Assembly (NCBI GenBank): GCA_041666915.1
Contig: JBAYFZ010000001.1
Coordinates: 73,086-137,085, forward strand
DNA: 64,000 bases
Direction: 5' to 3'
Source: Minisyncoccota bacterium
GTDB lineage: Bacteria > Patescibacteriota > Minisyncoccia > Phycocordibacterales > PALSA-1337
Below, one piece after another: positions 59,509 to 64,000 of this stretch (position 1 is the stretch's first letter; every line of letters starts with the position of its first letter). The notes under the pieces were generated by a model that was given only the letters and a program-made list of their open reading frames with translations, was not told the DNA's origin and did not search any database. Made by a program: the position numbers and the translations under genes.

Positions 59509-61611
59509 ATGAAAGTCTCACGAAATTGGTTACAAACATATTTTGATAAAGAAATTCCAACAGCAGAGAAGTTGGATGAGCTTTTTACTTTCCATGCTTT
59601 TGAAGTTGAAGGAGTAGAGACTTTGACTGGGCCTGGTATCGCTAAACCCGATTCTATTCTTGACGTGAAGATTCTTCCAGACCGTGCTCATTATGATCTT
59701 TGTCACAATGGTATCGCTAGAGAAATTTCAGTCCTGACCGGTTTACCTATGAAAAATCGCTTTGCTGAAGAGCTCAAAGTTACTAGCAAAGAGAAGCCTT
59801 CCGTAAAAATCATTTCCGGAGGTGAAGCCTTCGGAAGCCTCGCTTCCGGAAAGCAGTTTTGTCGTCGTTATACGGCTAGAACTATTGAATTGGGTAGTTC
59901 AAAAGCGGTAGGAACATCCCCTGTATGGCTCAAAAATGCTCTAGAATCAATAGGACAACGCTCTATCAACTCTATCGTGGATATTACAAATTACGTCATG
60001 TATGACATTGGTCAACCATTGCATGCTTTTGATGCCGATAAGGTCAAAGGTGGTATTACTATTCGTCCAGCCAAAGATAGTGAAAAAATAACTTTGCTTG
60101 ATGGTAGAGAGATCATTTTGACTTCTGTTGATAATGTTATCGCCGATGAAGAAGGTCCTCTTGTCATCGCTGGCGCAAAAGGTGGTAGACGCGCAGAAAT
60201 CGGTGAGTCAACAAAAAAGATAATTATAGAATCTGCCAATTTTGATCCAACTATGGTTCGTCGCACTGCTACGAAATATGATATTCGTAGCGATTCTTCA
60301 AAGAGATTTGAAAATGAAATAACTGCTGAGCTCGCTATGAATGGTATGAATAATGTTTCAGCTCTTATTTTAGAAATGATTCCTGATGCAAAATTCGGTC
60401 CTGTTGTTGATGGATATCCAGTAGAACAAACACCGACTGTTATAGATTTTGATCCAGCTTATTTGAAAGAACGTCTAGGAGTAGATGTTCCATTGGATGA
60501 AGCAAAAAGTATTTTGGAAAGAATGGGGATCGTGGTTTCTGTCATTCCCGCGAAGGCGGGAATCCAGGATATGACCAAGGAATCTGTATCTAGTGGTAAT
60601 ACACTGGATTCCCGCCGAAGTTTATCCTCGGAGAGGACGGTAAATGACACAGAACAATGGATTCTTACCATTCCTTTTGAACGCCTAGACCTTATCATTA
60701 AAGAAGATATTGTAGAAGAGGTAGGACGTGTCTACGGTTATGATAAGGTCAAAGGAATACTTCCACCTTTACAAAAAGATGAATCAAATAAAAAGGTCTC
60801 AGAAATTTTGCCGTTATTCTATGTTTCAGAGAAAATAAAGAGTACCTTGGTTGAACTAGGTTTCTCTGAAGTTAGCCTTTACGCTTTGGTTGAAAAAGGT
60901 GATATAGAAATCGCTAAACCTTTGGCCAAAGATAAAGGTTTTGCTCGCAACAATCTTTCAGGTGGAATGATGGCTTGTGTAGAAAAAAATGCTCTCAATG
61001 CAGACCTCCTCGGCCTTGAAGTTGTGAAAGTCTTTGAGGTTGGACATGTTTTCACAGACAAATCAGAACAAGTTCATTTATCTATTGGTGTTGCACAAAT
61101 AAAAAAGGTAAAAGGTTTGAAAGCAGAAAATATTATTACGGAAGCGATCAAAAAGATTGAAGAAAAATTGATGGTCAGTATAAGTGGTAAGACGGTGAAT
61201 GGTAAAACTGGTAACTACAGTGTTTTTGAAATTGATCTAGAATCTATCGTCAAATCTTTCCAATCACCTATTTTATTTGAAGCTTTGAATTTCACCCCAG
61301 CTTCTACAAATCGTTACAAGAAATTCTCGTTATATCCATTCATCGTTCGCGATGTTGCGGTCTTCGTACCAGAATCGGTTGAAAGTGAAAAAGTTTGGAA
61401 TGTTATAGAAAAGGGTATTGCAGAAGCTGGTGCCAATGATCTGCTCGCACGTCATTCTTTGTTTGATACATTCAAAAAAGAAGGAAAAGTCTCTTACGCT
61501 TTCCGTATGATTTTCCAATCTAAAGAGAGGACTCTTACCGATGAAGAAGTAAATAAGACTATGGAGGTTATTTATTCTGGCTTGAAAGGGGAAGGTTGGG
61601 AGGTTAGGTAA
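59509..61611 (+). CDS. pheT: Phenylalanine--tRNA ligase beta subunit with two palindrome-derived insertions
   Basis: MKVSRNWL, VDITNYVM, GQPLHAFD, EDIVEEVGRVYGY, RTLTDEEV. Confidence 0.95.
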   Translation: MKVSRNWLQTYFDKEIPTAEKLDELFTFHAFEVEGVETLTGPGIAKPDSILDVKILPDRAHYDLCHNGIAREISVLTGLPMKNRFAEELKVTSKEKPSVKIISGGEAFGSLASGKQFCRRYTARTIELGSSKAVGTSPVWLKNALESIGQRSINSIVDITNYVMYDIGQPLHAFDADKVKGGITIRPAKDSEKITLLDGREIILTSVDNVIADEEGPLVIAGAKGGRRAEIGESTKKIIIESANFDPTMVRRTATKYDIRSDSSKRFENEITAELAMNGMNNVSALILEMIPDAKFGPVVDGYPVEQTPTVIDFDPAYLKERLGVDVPLDEAKSILERMGIVVSVIPAKAGIQDMTKESVSSGNTLDSRRSLSSERTVNDTEQWILTIPFERLDLIIKEDIVEEVGRVYGYDKVKGILPPLQKDESNKKVSEILPLFYVSEKIKSTLVELGFSEVSLYALVEKGDIEIAKPLAKDKGFARNNLSGGMMACVEKNALNADLLGLEVVKVFEVGHVFTDKSEQVHLSIGVAQIKKVKGLKAENIITEAIKKIEEKLMVSISGKTVNGKTGNYSVFEIDLESIVKSFQSPILFEALNFTPASTNRYKKFSLYPFIVRDVAVFVPESVESEKVWNVIEKGIAEAGANDLLARHSLFDTFKKEGKVSYAFRMIFQSKERTLTDEEVNKTMEVIYSGLKGEGWEVR
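59812..59852. repeat. Palindromic repeat family B, in frame inside pheT
   Basis: ATTTCCGGAGGTGAAGCCTTCGGAAGCCTCGCTTCCGGAAA encodes ISGGEAFGSLASG. Confidence 0.8.
60540..60649. repeat. Family A element in frame inside pheT (right arm disrupted)
   Basis: Encodes VIPAKAGIQDMTKESVSSGNTLDSRRSLSSERTVND (36 aa). Confidence 0.9.
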
Positions 61612-61676
61612 GCTCTATTTTGGTATGTGATGAAAATGGTCTATTTTAGGCCCATTTGGGGTTGTTTTTAGGGTAT

Positions 61677-61706
61677 TTGACATTTACAATATAGATGTGA
61701 TATAAT
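61677..61706 (+). promoter_or_regulatory. sigma70-type promoter
   Basis: TTGACA-18 bp-TATAAT. Confidence 0.65.
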
Positions 61707-61795
61707 ACACAAGTAACAAGATATTCAGCTGTACCTTTGGTCAGATATGAAGATTTCTTGTAAGAGTAGAAAAGCACAAATGGAGGACATTTAAA

Positions 61796-62377
61796 ATGAA
61801 AAACACGAATAATGTATCTGTTTTATTGAAACAGATACGGGTGGTTGAAGGGTATGTCGATTATTTCGGAAGCTACAAGGGCGATTTGGCAGATGGTTAT
61901 ATTGTAATAGCTGTTGCCAATACCGAAGCTGGGGACTTGGCAGATAAGCAGGTCAGCAGTTTCAATGAGGTCTGCGGTCCGTGTAAAATCGAAGATATTG
62001 ATGGATACCCATCGTTCGCCATGGAACTTGTTAATCAAAAAGCTCTTATCTCAGACGAAGTCGTCGCCGGTATCGAATTTGTTGAAGGTACTTGGAAGAT
62101 AATAGCTTGGTGCTTCAAGAAAGACTGGGATCGAGTCAGTAACGAGATTCGTAACAAGTCTCAATCTATGAGGAAGGCTATTGAGAGTCATAATGCCGCT
62201 GTCAGTCACCCAACAAACGGTAATGGCAACGGAAAACATCCTCAAAGCAATCAACAACCAAGGCCGCTTGTGATGCCTAAAAAGCACAAGGAGGAACGCC
62301 CACCAAAACTCAGTAGTTTTGCTAGCTTGGACCGTCAGCTATTTCCAGAGAGCACGGTCAATAGTTCTGGGAACTAA
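61796..62377 (+). CDS. Hypothetical protein
   Basis: GGAGG RBS, own promoter, terminator AAGCCCCGT...ACGGGGCTT near 62394-62426. Confidence 0.75.
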   Translation: MKNTNNVSVLLKQIRVVEGYVDYFGSYKGDLADGYIVIAVANTEAGDLADKQVSSFNEVCGPCKIEDIDGYPSFAMELVNQKALISDEVVAGIEFVEGTWKIIAWCFKKDWDRVSNEIRNKSQSMRKAIESHNAAVSHPTNGNGNGKHPQSNQQPRPLVMPKKHKEERPPKLSSFASLDRQLFPESTVNSSGN

Positions 62378-62469
62378 CAAAAAATCCCTAATCAAGCCCC
62401 GTAGGTATGGAGTATCACGGGGCTTTTTTGTTGGAAGAAAATGATAAAATAAGTAACAATATTAATTTT

Positions 62470-62712
62470 ATGCCCACCACCTACATTCTTCTCTGTTCCG
62501 ATTCAACTTTTTATATTGGAAGTACCAACGATCTAGAAAAACGTTTACATCAGCATAACCACGCAAAATCTGGCGCTCATTACACCAAGATTCGTAGACC
62601 AGTAAGACTTGTTTGGAGTGAGGAACATCCGACTTTGGCAGAAGCTCGAGCTAGAGAGGTGGTGTTGAAAAGACTGACGAGAAAGGAGAAGGAGGAATTA
62701 ATTAAGAGTTAG
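62470..62712 (+). CDS. GIY-YIG nuclease (UPF0213/YhbQ-like)
   Basis: YILLCSDSTFYIGSTNDLEKRLHQH...GAHYT...RPVRLV...ARAREVVLK. Confidence 0.9.
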   Translation: MPTTYILLCSDSTFYIGSTNDLEKRLHQHNHAKSGAHYTKIRRPVRLVWSEEHPTLAEARAREVVLKRLTRKEKEELIKS

Positions 62713-62860
62713 AAAAATATTCTGACACAAAAATCTATTCATGAGAACTTGTGCGATTAAATATTTTTGATAAAATTGTAGCAACAGACGGTAAGTTTTT
62801 CTCGGATTACAAGACTTTTTCTACAACTAAATAGTCGCGACGTCATCTAGTCGTCGTTAT

Positions 62861-63206
62861 GTTCGCTGATTCGTTCAGGAAGTGGCTGAATAATTCCTTG
62901 GACAAGGAATAAAGCATACCCGAAAAGCGATGGGGCATAATAGGGTAGTATTGAGGCTTAAAATTACAGAGGTATTGTCCACAAGCGGGTGTAAATAAAC
63001 TGAAACACCCCATATCTATAAACCGGAGAGCGCTAACTCTCGAGGCTAGTTTTTTCCGAGGATATGTAGAGCAAGTGGCGTTGGTTGGTCGCCAGCTCAC
63101 GCGTATTTATCTGGATAGGACCAGATAGCGTCAAAAATAAAAGCTGAAGCAACCCCTCAATGTGCGAGTGAACCCGAATCTCGCCTTCCTGAATGAGTCA
63201 GAGAAC
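62861..63206 (+). ncRNA. Candidate large structured ncRNA (unidentified)
   Basis: 22-bp closing stem with two G-U pairs, enclosing at least six internal hairpins; no + strand ORF of 60 aa or more. Confidence 0.6.
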
Positions 63207-63236
63207 TATAGTCTTATTAGATTTAAATCTCTATAA

Positions 63237-63767
63237 ATGATATCTTCAAAACAATCAGAAATTATTCCTTTAGAAGTTATAGGTCAACGAATTTTAATTA
63301 TTCGTGGCGTTAAAGTTATGCTAGATGCTGATCTTGCGGAATTGTATCAAGTAAGCACTAAACGCCTAAATGAACAAGTTAAAAGAAACAGTAGTAGATT
63401 TCCAGAAGATTTTATGTTTCAGCTTACAGAATTAGAAAGAAATGAGGTGGTCGCAAATTGCGACCACCTCACAAAGCTTAAATTTTCATATCAACTTCCC
63501 TATGCTTTTACTGAACATGGTGTCGTGATGCTTTCGGCAGTACTTAATAGTGGACGTGCTGTTGAAGTGAGTATATTTATTGCTCGTGCTTTTATTAAGA
63601 TTCGCGAGATGTTAGCTATAAATAAGGAATTTGCTCATAAAGTTGAGGAATTAGAGAGGGAGCAATATAAACAAGGCGGATATATAGTTGAAATACAAGA
63701 TATTTTGAGACTTCTAATTGAAGAACCTGTTAAACCTAAAGATCCTATAGGTTTTAAGATTGTTTAA
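63237..63767 (+). CDS. ORF6N domain DNA-binding protein
   Basis: IRGVKVMLDADLAELYQV.TKRLNEQVKRN..RFPEDFMFQL, PYAFTEHGVVMLSAVLNS. Confidence 0.92.
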   Translation: MISSKQSEIIPLEVIGQRILIIRGVKVMLDADLAELYQVSTKRLNEQVKRNSSRFPEDFMFQLTELERNEVVANCDHLTKLKFSYQLPYAFTEHGVVMLSAVLNSGRAVEVSIFIARAFIKIREMLAINKEFAHKVEELEREQYKQGGYIVEIQDILRLLIEEPVKPKDPIGFKIV

Positions 63768-63850
63768 TTGTATAAAATAGGTGGTCGCAAATTGCGACTA
63801 CCTTGTGAGTAGTTTAAGTGTTTTTAACCGGTCGCAAATTGCGACCGGTT
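63443..63850. repeat. Three GGTCGCAAATTGCGAC palindromes, one within ORF6N and two downstream
   Basis: 63443-63471, 63779-63803 and 63826-63850. Confidence 0.85.
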
Positions 63851-64000
63851 CCAGCATCAAATCGTCCTTTGCTTATCACGTATTTTCCACTATTTTACAC
63901 GTGCATATTGCTTATTTTTCTGCTATACTTTGGGGGTAAAAGCTTGAAGCTTTTTTGTTTTAATAATCTATTACTTAGACGATAAATGGCCGAAAATACC

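Noticed and set aside
58583-61611. Short pheS and pheT as pseudogenes
   Set aside because: Frames are intact and catalytic motifs are present; domain loss fits genome streamlining
62843-63100. 85-aa minus-strand ORF
   Set aside because: No recognisable motif; the dense pairing is better explained by a + strand RNA
62861-63206. tmRNA or group I intron identity for the structured region
   Set aside because: No tRNA-like ends or CCA, no host gene is interrupted, and I could not identify intron core motifs

Overview
AT-rich bacterial chromosomal window in genetic code 11. Gene content and style point to Patescibacteria/CPR, probably Parcubacteria; this is inferred, not searched. The housekeeping backbone includes rnc-smc, mreBC-mrdA, greA-lysS, mraZ-rsmH-ftsL-ftsI-murF, class II RNR, rnpB, murJ, lepA, gpmA, eno, rpmE-prfA, rpsB-tsf, pheS-pheT and five tRNAs, interspersed with orphan genes. 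The most striking non-standard signal is a family of hairpin-ended elements (TGTCATTCCCGCGAAGGCGGGAATCC...GGATTCCCGCCTTCGCGGGAATGACA) present 7 times. One copy encloses a complete GIY-YIG nuclease gene between perfect 38-bp inverted repeats. Six are gene-less copies, two of them translated in frame inside rsmH and pheT, and several carry compensatory stem changes. This suggests a GIY-YIG-driven, REP/RAYT-like mobile repeat system. Other candidates: an unannotated ~345-nt structured RNA (62861-63206), a probable remote DGR target gene, palindromes embedded in ORF6N and RhuM genes, 72-bp tandem repeats beginning with the tRNA-Thr 5' end next to an HNH gene, and a 17-aa (VPPQ)3 micropeptide. No database searches were run; product calls come from motif recognition.
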